A stretch of DNA of 64,000 nt from NCBI GenBank assembly GCA_046757405.1, contig JBHHYE010000019.1, positions 103 to 64,102 of the forward strand, in the 5' to 3' direction. Source of the DNA: Acidobacteriota bacterium. GTDB taxonomy: Bacteria; Acidobacteriota; Polarisedimenticolia; SMYD01. Shown piece by piece: positions 10,001-18,536 of this stretch; the stretch's first letter is position 1; every line of letters starts with the position of its first letter. The position numbers were made by a program, and so were the translations under genes. The notes under the pieces are model-generated. The model had not been told where the DNA came from. It did no database searches and was given only the letters and a program-made list of their open reading frames with translations.

Positions 10001-13000
10001 CGATGATGGTCAGCACCAGGGAGGTCTCCGGCTGGATGATGTTCTGCCGGTCCCAAGAGATGCTGGCGCAGCCACTGGTCAGAATGCCCTGGCCGCCGAC
10101 CGAGTCGAAGCCCGGGCACTCACCGCCACCGAGGCAGTCGGTGTCCTTGGTGCAGACCGTGCCGGGATTCGTGCCGCCGACGCAGGCGACTGCCTGGCCC
10201 ACGGGGGTGCCGCCGGGGATAGGCGGAGTCGCCGTGTTGTCATCGAGGGCCGTCTCTGCCCAGGTGGAAGGATCGGAGCACGGCGTGCGGTCCTCGACCG
10301 GGTGAATCTCGCGCCACTCGGCGACGGGATCGTCAAAGCCCCAGCCGTAAGACTCGCCGGCATCGGTCCTGGTGGTGCGCTCCCGCTGCAGGATCCCGAC
10401 GTTGATCTGGAAGCTGTTCCGCTGGTTGGCGAGCTTCTGCGGGTTGGCTCCCGAGATCGGGAAGGTCTGGGCGGGGTCGAGGGTCTCGTTCGGTCCGAAG
10501 ATGTCCTCGAAGGTGCCCGCGAACAGCTCGAAGCCGAAGTCGTAGTTGCGGACCGGCAGGCCGCCCGCGCCGCGCCGCTCGGTGGTGCCGAAGCCGCGTC
10601 CCGTGAACTGGGTCACGATGGCGTCCAGGGACTTGACCGGAGCTTTGCCGGGTGTGTTCGGCTCGAAGAAGGGGCCGATGGAACCCGGGCCCTGGATCGA
10701 CCGGATGTTCTGGTTCGGGCTGTTGGGGTCGTCGTTCAGGGTAACCAGGTTGATCTGCTCCGAGCTCGGCAGGTGAGGATTGTTCGGGTTGAAGGCGGCG
10801 AACGGGCCCTGGGCAACGTCCGTGATGAACCCTTCCGGCCCCTGGTCCCGGGTCAGCCATCCCGTATCCAGCCGGTCCACCGGCTGGGAGGTGGTGGTGT
10901 CGGGATCCAGCTCGATGCCGATGAGCGTCGGAGCCTGGAAGATGTCCTCCTGGACGTTGGCGGCCAGGCGGAGGAACTCCACCTGGAAGGCATACCCGTT
11001 GGCGTCGGGATTCTGGTGCACACGGAAGAAGATCGGGCTCGAGACATCGTCGATGACCTGCTCGACCTTCGGATCGAGGGGATCACTGGCGACATCATAC
11101 CGCTCGCAGCCGAGATCCCACCCGGTGCGGGAAGCGGGCACGCACTCGCCCGTGCCGCAGAACGGGTCTCCCAGGCCGGAGCACGGCAGGGTGTCATTGG
11201 CGCCCATCACGCAGGCGAATCCGGGGCAGCTACCGCCCGGACAGTCTGTATCGGAGGAGCACACCTTGCCGTTGTTCGACCCACCCCGGCAGGCCGAGGC
11301 AGCGTGGCCGCTGTGCCACATGCCGCCCGTGCCGCCGTTTCCATCCACCTGGCCCAGGGCCGCTGAGTTGGACTGGAACCCGCACTCACCCGTGTTGTTC
11401 CACTGCCACTCGTTGCGCAGCCCGAGTTCCGTGTTCGCGCCCGGGTCGGAGTCGAATCGACGCACCGTTCCCCAGCCCTGGGGCGAATCGTCCAGGTCCC
11501 AGGGCATGGTGTTCGTCACCGGATCGTCCCACTGTTTCGTCGCCGGGTTGAATGCCAGGACGGTCGCATTGCCGCCGCCGAAGCTGCTGTCCTCCGCATC
11601 GGCAAAGCGGTACTCGGTGACACCCGTCCGTGATTTGCTGTTCGTGACTTCCCCGGCCCAGGCGCGCACCTCGCGGCCTCCCTTGGGGAAGTCGGTGGAG
11701 TAATAGAACGCCCCGGAGATGTTGGGGTCCTCGTTCGGCCGGCTCCAGGTGTCCACGTTGAGCGGATGGAAGAGGACCGTCTCGTTGGCCACCGTCAGGC
11801 CGTTCACCTGGGCCGTGACGCCGAAGCGCATCCGCACCTGGTTGACGTCCTGGGTGCCGAAGGCGGCGGCGTCGCCCACGTGAATGTTGAAGAGAGCCGT
11901 CTGGTTCTGGCCCCGGCCGATGTCGCCCAGATTCTGGACCGGATCGATGATGGTGACCGGCACCGGGTCGCAGCCGCCGGCGTCAAAATTCGCGTTGGCG
12001 GCGCAGGCCTCGAGTGTCGCCCGTGCATCCAGAAGGGTGAACTCCTGGCGGTTCTGGAAGGAGATGCTGTAGACCAGGTCTTCACTGGCATCCAGGAACG
12101 TGTCGCCGCCGATGAGGCTGCCTGTTCCGACCACGGCCTTGAAGACGATCTCGCGCGGGTCGATCCGGGCTCTTTTCTCGCAGCCGCCGGAGATGCCGAA
12201 CTTGGCGTCGGTTCCCCGCCGGCCGATGTTGTTGACGAAGATGTCCGGCTGGCACCTGACCTTGGCGGAAGCCTGGGCGTCGGCGGTGGGCGCATCACTG
12301 TAGGTCAGGGTAATGGAGCCACCGTCCTGGACCGACAGCAGGGAATCGTTGGCGGTGGCGGGAACGTTGGCGACGTCCACCACGGCGATGGGAGACGAGC
12401 CGAACGTGGTCCCCGGTGACTGGGCGACGAAGTTGATTCCCGTCTCGGAATCGAGCGGTGCTCCGTTCTGGTCCAGGGAGACCACGGTCACGCCGGTGGA
12501 GACGCTGGCCTCCGAGGCGTTGGCCGCCCCGTCCAGGACGGAGGCGGTGAGGGCATCGGCGCAACTGTACTGCACCTTGCTGGCCCGGATGCTGTTGGGC
12601 GGCGAGGCACCCACCAGTCCACCGGTGGTCACCAGGCCGACCATCATGCTGCTCGGGCCTCCGATCTCGGTGGTGGCCACGAAGTTGAGGTCAACCTTGA
12701 TGGTGGCGCCCTCGGTGAGCTGGGCCGGCGCGAGGAAAACCGCCTCGTTATTGTTGTTGCGGTCGACCGTTTGGCCCAGGCAGGCCGTCCCTTCAACCGG
12801 CAGGGAGAACTCGCTCAGGTCGAGCTTTCCGTTGCTGTTGCAGTCCTCGCTCTCGGCCTGCTGGGTGATTGCACATGTAGCGTTCGGGTCGCCGCAATCG
12901 AGGGTCGGGTCGAAGTTGGCCGGATCGCAGACCGGCAGATTCGCATCGCCGTTGCAGTGGAAGATCGCCTGGATATCCAGGCGAACGCTGTCGAAGTTCT

Positions 13001-15467
13001 TGTCCTCGGTGAAGTAGTTACCGTGGTAGACGATATCGTTGCCATCGCCGCAAACATTGTCGATGCAGTCGGTGACCACCAGGTCCACGTCGCGGACCAG
13101 CTTGCCGTCGCCGGCGGGGCCGGCTACGGCCGCTTCCTTGTCATACCAGGCGATGGCGAAACGCGCCTGCTGGCTGGCGTCCCGGACCGTGAACGTCTTC
13201 TGTACCGTGCCCCCGGGAATGTTCAGCGAGATCAGCTCACTCGTTATGAAGCTGGGGGAGGCGGGATCGGAGCCCAGCGGCAGCAGCTTGTTGAGCTGGA
13301 TGCGGCCGTATCCCTGTTCCGGCGTGAAGGTCGAGAGGTGCTTCGGGTTGTAGAAGCCGAGACGAAGCTGCTCGCCGAGCTTCTGGAAGAGCGGGTTGCC
13401 GGTCATGAGGTCGGCGGAGGCGATGAGGGCCGCCTTCACCTCCGGGCCCTTGAGAGGCGTGGGAGTGCCTCCCGGCTGCCCGCTCGGGGCGAACCCCTTC
13501 TGGAAGTAATCGCGGATCACGGCTGCGGCCCCCGTGGCCGCGGCGGTGGAGAAGGAGGAGCCGGCGAAGGTGCCGGGCAACAGCCGGTTGCAGTTCACGT
13601 CTCCGACCTGGTCGCTATCACCTGAAAGACAGGTGGTCGGGGAAGTCAAGCGCTGGTTGCTCTGGGTGATCTCGGAGCCCGGCGCCATCAGATCCGGCTT
13701 GATCCGCCAGTCATCCGCGGTCGACGAGAAACTCGTCGTCTTGGCCGCCGGGCCCTGGCCGGAGCCGAGTCCCTGGAAGCGGCCGATGATCTCCACGCCC
13801 ATGTTGTCCACGCCCGCGAAGACCGAATCGTTCGGATCGTCGGGGTTGAGGGCATTGCTGGGCTCGCCCGCCACGCCGACGGTCACCACGTTCTTGGCCG
13901 TTCCTGGAGAGGTGACGGTGAGGAAATCGAGGTTGCCGTCCTGGTCGCCGTCCAGCCCCCGGTTCCCGGAGGCGGTCACCACCAGGAAGTCCTTGTTCAT
14001 GACCAGGAACTGGTCGATGTCCTGCGCCGCGGCGTCATAAGAGCCCTCGGAATCGAGGATGGAAAGCGAGAAGTTGTGGATCGAGAGGTTCAGGCTGTTG
14101 TTCACCCCGAAAGCCTTGGAGGCGGCGGCATTGGCCGACAGGAGGCCGGGATTCTGGGCTTCGATCTGCTGGTCCTTGGTGCACAGCGCCGTGGCCTGCG
14201 CGTCGACGAAGTAGATCTTCGCGCCCGGCGCCACCCCGTCGATGCCGAAGGGGGTGATGGTGCCTCCCAGGTCCGGCTCGAAGCCGGACTGGATGCGGAT
14301 ATCGGGGACGCCGCCGGGTCCCGCATTGCCCGCCGCGATGGAGGCCACCAGGTGCCCGTGGCTCACACCGGTCAGGGATTCACAGGTTTCCATGTCGCCC
14401 GCGCCGCCCACGTTGCCGGCCAGAGCCTGCGCCTGGACATAGGCGACGACCTTGCGGTGGCTGAGACTGGCACCCAGGGCCTGGCCCGCGCCATCCGGAT
14501 CGGCCAGAACGGCCGCATCCAGGGCGAGACCGGTGTCGGTGATGCCGATGACCTGGCTCGAGCCGTCAATGCCGGCTTCCCGGTACGGCAGCCGGCCGCT
14601 GTTGAACTCGCCGGTCTGCATGGAGGTGGAGGTGTCCTCGTCCGCGCTGGTGTACAGCGGGGCCTCCGAGACGTAACGCAGGCCGGCGCCGTCCAGATCC
14701 GAGGCGTTCAGCCGCAGCACGTCCACGTCAATGGTGAAACCGATGGTGTTGTTGAAGCCGATGGTCACGTTGGTCGCGCCCATCTGGGTCAACCGGTCGG
14801 CGAGCGCACCGGCGTCGAGGCCAGGGAAGACCCCCGCCACCAGCCGCAGGTTCGGATCGGCTGCCATGGCGGCGCTGGGAACCGGGCTGGTCCCGATGGT
14901 GGGCGACATGAAGAAGGGCACCGTCCTCAGGAGGGTGGTGGCTCCGGCCCGGGCCAGGGTCGCCAGGGCCAGATCGTCGGCCCCATTGATGATCACGGTG
15001 TCATTGGGAACCGAATCGAGCGGGTTGACGTGCGCCGCGTCGAGGATCTGCTGCATCTCCTCCCGGGACTGTCCCGAGAAGTGGACCAGCAGGACCGTAT
15101 CCGGTGTGACATCGGTGGGATCCAGGGCGGCCCGGAAAGCGCTGGCCGGATGATCCGCCAGATCGCGGATCCGGACAAAGCCACCCGGTGTCGCGATGGA
15201 ATCGCTGCTCAGGATGCCATTGCTCTCCTGGACATTCACGCTGTCCATGATCGGTGCAAATCCCCGGCCGTAAAGGACCATGGAATCGCTTGCCCCGATG
15301 GCATTCCCCTCGGCCTGGCTGCTGCCAGAACCTCGGACCTGAATCTCCCCCATCGCCAGATCCATGGGTTGCCGGGCCGCATCGGTGGCCAGAACCGCCA
15401 GCGGCGCCGCCAAGAGGCTCGCCACGGTGAGCGTTAGCAGAAAGGTCCAGCGAAACCTAGTGTGCAT
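7092..15467 (-). CDS. giant (2791 aa) secreted multidomain subtilisin-like serine protease (peptidase S8) with Cys-rich repeat modules
   Basis: Signal peptide MHTRFRWTFLLTLTVASLLAAPLAVLA; S8 catalytic triad motifs ITDTGLALD (Asp), VSHGHLVASIAAGN (His), GTSFSTAAATGAAAV (Ser) and LVVTASGNRG (Asn); repeated CxxDTDCxGGxCPGF-type Cys-rich modules; GGAGGAGG SD 4 nt before the ATG. Confidence 0.85.
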   Translation of the reverse strand: MHTRFRWTFLLTLTVASLLAAPLAVLATDAARQPMDLAMGEIQVRGSGSSQAEGNAIGASDSMVLYGRGFAPIMDSVNVQESNGILSSDSIATPGGFVRIRDLADHPASAFRAALDPTDVTPDTVLLVHFSGQSREEMQQILDAAHVNPLDSVPNDTVIINGADDLALATLARAGATTLLRTVPFFMSPTIGTSPVPSAAMAADPNLRLVAGVFPGLDAGALADRLTQMGATNVTIGFNNTIGFTIDVDVLRLNASDLDGAGLRYVSEAPLYTSADEDTSTSMQTGEFNSGRLPYREAGIDGSSQVIGITDTGLALDAAVLADPDGAGQALGASLSHRKVVAYVQAQALAGNVGGAGDMETCESLTGVSHGHLVASIAAGNAGPGGVPDIRIQSGFEPDLGGTITPFGIDGVAPGAKIYFVDAQATALCTKDQQIEAQNPGLLSANAAASKAFGVNNSLNLSIHNFSLSILDSEGSYDAAAQDIDQFLVMNKDFLVVTASGNRGLDGDQDGNLDFLTVTSPGTAKNVVTVGVAGEPSNALNPDDPNDSVFAGVDNMGVEIIGRFQGLGSGQGPAAKTTSFSSTADDWRIKPDLMAPGSEITQSNQRLTSPTTCLSGDSDQVGDVNCNRLLPGTFAGSSFSTAAATGAAAVIRDYFQKGFAPSGQPGGTPTPLKGPEVKAALIASADLMTGNPLFQKLGEQLRLGFYNPKHLSTFTPEQGYGRIQLNKLLPLGSDPASPSFITSELISLNIPGGTVQKTFTVRDASQQARFAIAWYDKEAAVAGPAGDGKLVRDVDLVVTDCIDNVCGDGNDIVYHGNYFTEDKNFDSVRLDIQAIFHCNGDANLPVCDPANFDPTLDCGDPNATCAITQQAESEDCNSNGKLDLSEFSLPVEGTACLGQTVDRNNNNEAVFLAPAQLTEGATIKVDLNFVATTEIGGPSSMMVGLVTTGGLVGASPPNSIRASKVQYSCADALTASVLDGAANASEASVSTGVTVVSLDQNGAPLDSETGINFVAQSPGTTFGSSPIAVVDVANVPATANDSLLSVQDGGSITLTYSDAPTADAQASAKVRCQPDIFVNNIGRRGTDAKFGISGGCEKRARIDPREIVFKAVVGTGSLIGGDTFLDASEDLVYSISFQNRQEFTLLDARATLEACAANANFDAGGCDPVPVTIIDPVQNLGDIGRGQNQTALFNIHVGDAAAFGTQDVNQVRMRFGVTAQVNGLTVANETVLFHPLNVDTWSRPNEDPNISGAFYYSTDFPKGGREVRAWAGEVTNSKSRTGVTEYRFADAEDSSFGGGNATVLAFNPATKQWDDPVTNTMPWDLDDSPQGWGTVRRFDSDPGANTELGLRNEWQWNNTGECGFQSNSAALGQVDGNGGTGGMWHSGHAASACRGGSNNGKVCSSDTDCPGGSCPGFACVMGANDTLPCSGLGDPFCGTGECVPASRTGWDLGCERYDVASDPLDPKVEQVIDDVSSPIFFRVHQNPDANGYAFQVEFLRLAANVQEDIFQAPTLIGIELDPDTTTSQPVDRLDTGWLTRDQGPEGFITDVAQGPFAAFNPNNPHLPSSEQINLVTLNDDPNSPNQNIRSIQGPGSIGPFFEPNTPGKAPVKSLDAIVTQFTGRGFGTTERRGAGGLPVRNYDFGFELFAGTFEDIFGPNETLDPAQTFPISGANPQKLANQRNSFQINVGILQRERTTRTDAGESYGWGFDDPVAEWREIHPVEDRTPCSDPSTWAETALDDNTATPPIPGGTPVGQAVACVGGTNPGTVCTKDTDCLGGGECPGFDSVGGQGILTSGCASISWDRQNIIQPETSLVLTIIDNNAAFGPDGLAGTGDEQAVINPLTSIPEIQVDVISDSDSAGETFNLVQTAFGSPVYQATVKVSATKGLTSNTDGVIFIQESGPGTNPVALTANYSDQDINVAGSGVGPIPCPDNPRSDSAFTQFFGVDVLFVTAKVTDLGPNSDNDSIPDDFETIRLDLNLVNSGLDSTQKPVDLEDVTITLLTKDPAVACITDATSFYGPMASAVAKFNPPSDPFEVVIGDTNAMGVGKTAKFSLGISGRFTDSLGIERTLTGFATPQEFVLNLDLDLDPNFPANDLFADAACEGGDNPGQACPNGAGDCPNGSCVPLPAYLQTGGTGAIAGKVGYFEGFEGAAGQTGTLAGGVLTGTSFSHLPAVNGYLDASGHGLTAGATITDGSADVPEGTSSVDGTRCPRNDPEFQGNRSQGSCRPNPLSEFHVSTTKAFHGVQSLYGGTEAAQSFSGADTYLTAALYAAFTGKVNVGVKGDATLSFFHIVSLGDDRTFVIDAGISLDRAMLQVAEVDPVNGTPVSAWQKVPAFLNNYHNLGIERFQNCSFASYDNFYDAAAALGNTPGFNSAAANSVGVTYNADDVSSEDDFFDPNDPTRQFGPNESCFPNFIWSAMGDWSATDVTLSGRAFTDGELGSVGNGVWVNSLVNLDQFSGRTVKVRFVLSAIELAGPIGFTWADFFGGIGGDGLRGWRIDDVAMSGLVDAPLKLVPDTDVAPAPGDGCPVDTDPSKPGNQGQCTLIETPVPLPDVLTPVSGTQVTLDASSFQADQCVDGFLEYRWSTPSGIVQDFSTNPVLRAAPQFTTQFTVDVRCSTNPLCQGSDSLTVVPADEVEVSGTPGSLGTGALAGPGVGAATSAVMTWTPPGIGGPFTINCLTADLNHNGFVLASLTGNGSGSVLSAALRTGGGLHNEGTASLVGSTAACTDATVALDPGEAVGYLAVATNPTSGVVGTLGRGEQPGVPGSFSRGRVVPASLPATTP

Positions 15468-15704
15468 GTGACCTCCTCCTCAATTGAAATGGAATGCAGG
15501 CGAAATCCACCCTGGAACCATCTCTTCTCAACAAGATCAACCATTTACTGCCATCGTTCTGGAGAGAAACCGACCTCCACCCCACGACACGCCGTCTGGC
15601 GGATCAGCAGGCTCTGGCCGGCTTTCACCTCCCCCTCTTCTCGCGGCCTGCCCGGCCACGATAGGTGATGCCTCATCAAAAAGGCAGCATTCGCAATATG
15701 CCGC

Positions 15705-15732
15705 ATTATACGGGGCACTGGAGCGGAGTCAA
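15705..15732 (-). promoter_or_regulatory. sigma70-like promoter for the giant protease gene (TTGACT-16 nt-TATAAT on the minus strand)
   Basis: Minus-strand read: cTTGACTccgctccagtgccccgTATAATgcggc; consensus hexamers in an AT-enriched 535-bp noncoding region; implies a ~230-nt 5' UTR. Confidence 0.45.
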
Positions 15733-16002
15733 GGAGAAAATGCGGCCAGGGAGTGGGTTTCAGCGCTGCTGGAGTCAACGTCTGGCGGAACATGCGACTG
15801 TCATCCCTCCCCCCCCTGGCTGGGATGCGCTCCATCTCCCCCGTCCTGACCTCGGAGCGCCCCTCGACCTCTCCTTAATTACCCGGCCTCTCCGGCGGAC
15901 ACAAGGTGGGGGCCGCGCCCCGTGCAGACCAGCGCTCCGCAATTTTGTGCGGCGGCCCGAGAGAATTCTCTAAAGTATTTTTATGTAAGGAGTTATGGCG
16001 TC

Positions 16003-16623
16003 TCAGTCGAGGAGCGCCAGGCGCTCGGGAGGCCAGTACTTGAGGACGGCCTTGCCATAGATGTTCCGCTCGGGAACCAGGCCCCAGGCCCGGCTGTCAC
16101 TGGAAACCGAGCGGTGATCACCGAGGACGAAATAGCATTGTGGAGTGACGGACAGGGGTCCGAACGGCTCCATGCCGCGCAGCTCGTGGTAAAGGTACGA
16201 CTCCCGGAGCGGATGGCCGTTGATCCAGACCAGCCCCCCGGCCACGGCGATCGACTCACCCGGCAGACCGACCACCCGCTTGATGAACGTCTTGCCCGGG
16301 TCCAGGGGAGAACGGAACACGATCAGGTCGCCACGTTGAACGAGAGAAAAATCATAAACAATCTTGTTGACCAGGATCCGTTCTTCATCCCGCAGGCCGG
16401 GCATCATCGAGGTTCCTTCCACCTTGAACGGCTGGAAGAGGAAAAGAAGCGCCGTCACGCCGGCCAGGAAGCTGCACCCCAGATCGCGAAGAAATCGCCG
16501 CAGCCAGGGAGCCCGGTCCGGTGGGCCGTCGTGAGTTCGCGGGGTCACGGAGCTGAATATAGGTTCACCAGGACGCGGCGCGAGGCGGGTCTCAGAGCCG
16601 GGCGATCCGGGGGTCCAGGGCAT
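16003..16623 (-). CDS. lepB: signal peptidase I
   Basis: GTSMMPGL (catalytic Ser box), GDHRSVSSDSRAWG (box D/E); start uncertain (ATG 16623 or GTG ~16557); the ORF upstream of that is out-of-context read-through. Confidence 0.7.
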   Translation of the reverse strand: MPWTPGSPGSETRLAPRPGEPIFSSVTPRTHDGPPDRAPWLRRFLRDLGCSFLAGVTALLFLFQPFKVEGTSMMPGLRDEERILVNKIVYDFSLVQRGDLIVFRSPLDPGKTFIKRVVGLPGESIAVAGGLVWINGHPLRESYLYHELRGMEPFGPLSVTPQCYFVLGDHRSVSSDSRAWGLVPERNIYGKAVLKYWPPERLALLD

Positions 16624-17554
16624 CCCGGAATCGTTCGCCGACCAGCTGAACCCCGGTGACCGCCAGGGTGAGGGTGAGGCCGGGGAAGAGAACCAGCCAC
16701 CAGCTTCCGGTTCCCTGGGCATCCCGGAGGAGACCCCCCCAGGAGGGAAGCGGCTCAGGCACCCCGAAGCCGAGGAATGAAAGGCCGGCTTCCACCAGCA
16801 TGGCGCCCGCCAGCTGGAAGGTGGCGGCCACCAGGGCCGGAGCCAGGGCATGGGGGAGCACGTGGCGGAGGAGAACTCTCCAGGCGCCCGCGCCGGTGGC
16901 CCGCGCCGCCTCCACGAAAGCTCCTTCCCGGACGCGGATCACCTCGGCGCGGACGTAGCGCGCCAGGGACGGCCAGCGGGAGAGGCCGATGACGGCGAAG
17001 AGAAGGAGCAGGGAGGGTGAGCGAAAGGCCAGGACGGTCAAGATAAGAAAGAAAGTCGGGAAGCAGAGAGCCACCTCCACGGTGCGCGAGACCACGAAAT
17101 CCACGGCGCCTCCCAGGAAGCCGGCCAGGGCCCCCAGCAAGATGCCCAGGGCGAGGGCCACGGCGGTCGAGATCAGCCCGACCTGGAGGGAGACCGCGCA
17201 CCCGGCCAGGATCCGGGAGGCCAGGTCCCGTCCCAGGCGATCGGTGCCCAGGAGGTGCCGCCGGCTGGGCGGGGAGAGACTCGCTTCCAGGTCGGTCTGC
17301 CGGTACGAGTAAGGAATGGGGGCCGGCAGCCGCCAGCGCTCGCCCGCCACGGCCTGCCGCCAGTCCCGGTGCTCCCATCCGGCCCGCTCCAGCCAGGGTC
17401 CGGCCAGCGGGAGCTGCCCCAGCGCCGGGAAGGTCACTTCTTTCGCCGCCAGGATCAGGGGACGGTCATTGGCCAGGAGGGGTGCCATCCAGGCCACGAT
17501 GAGGAGAAGTCCGGTCAGCCAGCGGCCGAGGCGGGCCGGGAGGGGCCCGCTCAC
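16592..17554 (-). CDS. ABC transporter permease (DppC/OppC-like)
   Basis: LGTDRLGRDLASRILAG...EAARATGAGAWRVLLRHVLP; binding-protein-dependent transport signature. Confidence 0.8.
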   Translation of the reverse strand: MSGPLPARLGRWLTGLLLIVAWMAPLLANDRPLILAAKEVTFPALGQLPLAGPWLERAGWEHRDWRQAVAGERWRLPAPIPYSYRQTDLEASLSPPSRRHLLGTDRLGRDLASRILAGCAVSLQVGLISTAVALALGILLGALAGFLGGAVDFVVSRTVEVALCFPTFFLILTVLAFRSPSLLLLFAVIGLSRWPSLARYVRAEVIRVREGAFVEAARATGAGAWRVLLRHVLPHALAPALVAATFQLAGAMLVEAGLSFLGFGVPEPLPSWGGLLRDAQGTGSWWLVLFPGLTLTLAVTGVQLVGERFRDALDPRIARL

Positions 17555-18534
17555 GGGACGTCGGCCGATCTCCTGAGGCGTGGGTCGGCCAGGAGATACA
17601 GCAGGTCGGCTCCCAGGGTGCCGGCCAGGACGAGGATGGCGGTCAGGCCGGACAGGCCCAGGATCGTGGGATAGTCCCGGGCCAGGAGGCTGTCGAACAG
17701 CAGGGTTCCGATCCCCGGCCAGGCGAAGATGCGCTCGATGATGACACTGCCCGAGACCAGGGTCGGCAGAAGGAGGCCGGAAAGAGTCAGGAAGGGAAGC
17801 CAGGAAGCTCCCAGGGCATGCCGCCAGACCACCCGGCCAGGCGGAAGACCACGGGCCCGTGCGGTCCGCGTGAAGTCGGCGGCCAGGGCCTCCAGGAGGC
17901 TGGCGCGGGAAAAGCGGGCGAAGAAAGCGAGGCTCCCGTAGCTGAGACAGAGAGCCGGCAAGGCCATATGCCAGGCCGCGTCCGCCCAGCGCCAGATGAA
18001 GGGCCAGCCGGAAGCGCTGTCGGAGTGCAGGCCCGCGAGCGGGAAGAAGCCCAGGCCGACGGCCAGCCCGGCCTGGAGAAGAAGCGCTACCCAGAAGGAC
18101 GGGAGCGAGTAGAGCGCATAGAGGATCGGTCCGCCGATCCGGTCCAGGGGCCCGTCGCGGTGGGCGGCGGAGGCGACGCCGAGGGGGATGGCGATCACGG
18201 CGATGAGGAGGAGAGAAACCAGGTTGAGAGCCAGCGTCCTGGGCAAGCGCTCCAAGATCTTGTCCCTGACCGGGCGATGGTCCACGAAGGAACGGCCGAA
18301 ATCGAGGCGGATCACCCGCGCGACCCAGTCGGCGTACTGGCGGGGCAGGGGGCGATCCAGGCCGTACCGCTGGCGCAGGGCATGAACGGTCTGGGGATCG
18401 GCCGGGCGCTGGGCGTCGACGGCGCCGGGGAGCGGCTCACCGGGCGCCAGGTGCGCCAGGGCGAAGGTCACCACCGTGATGCCGGCCAGAGAGGAGAGGG
18501 CCACCAGCAAGCGGCGCAGGAGGTACGTGCCCAA
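17551..18534 (-). CDS. ABC transporter permease (DppB/OppB-like)
   Basis: MGTYLLRRLLVALSSLAGITVVTFALAHLAPG...; ATGA overlap with the next permease. Confidence 0.8.
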   Translation of the reverse strand: MGTYLLRRLLVALSSLAGITVVTFALAHLAPGEPLPGAVDAQRPADPQTVHALRQRYGLDRPLPRQYADWVARVIRLDFGRSFVDHRPVRDKILERLPRTLALNLVSLLLIAVIAIPLGVASAAHRDGPLDRIGGPILYALYSLPSFWVALLLQAGLAVGLGFFPLAGLHSDSASGWPFIWRWADAAWHMALPALCLSYGSLAFFARFSRASLLEALAADFTRTARARGLPPGRVVWRHALGASWLPFLTLSGLLLPTLVSGSVIIERIFAWPGIGTLLFDSLLARDYPTILGLSGLTAILVLAGTLGADLLYLLADPRLRRSADVP

Positions 18535-18536
18535 GG

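Noticed and set aside
8721-11366. 881-aa + strand ORF (and 14076-15437, 12771-13625 etc.) inside the giant protease gene
   Set aside because: These are antisense frames of the 2791-aa S8 protease. They have Arg/Gly-rich nonsense composition, no signal peptide and no motifs.
15484-15849. 121-aa ORF in the noncoding region upstream of the giant protease
   Set aside because: The region is better explained as a promoter plus a long 5' UTR (consensus -35/-10 on the minus strand). The product is Pro/Ser-rich without features.
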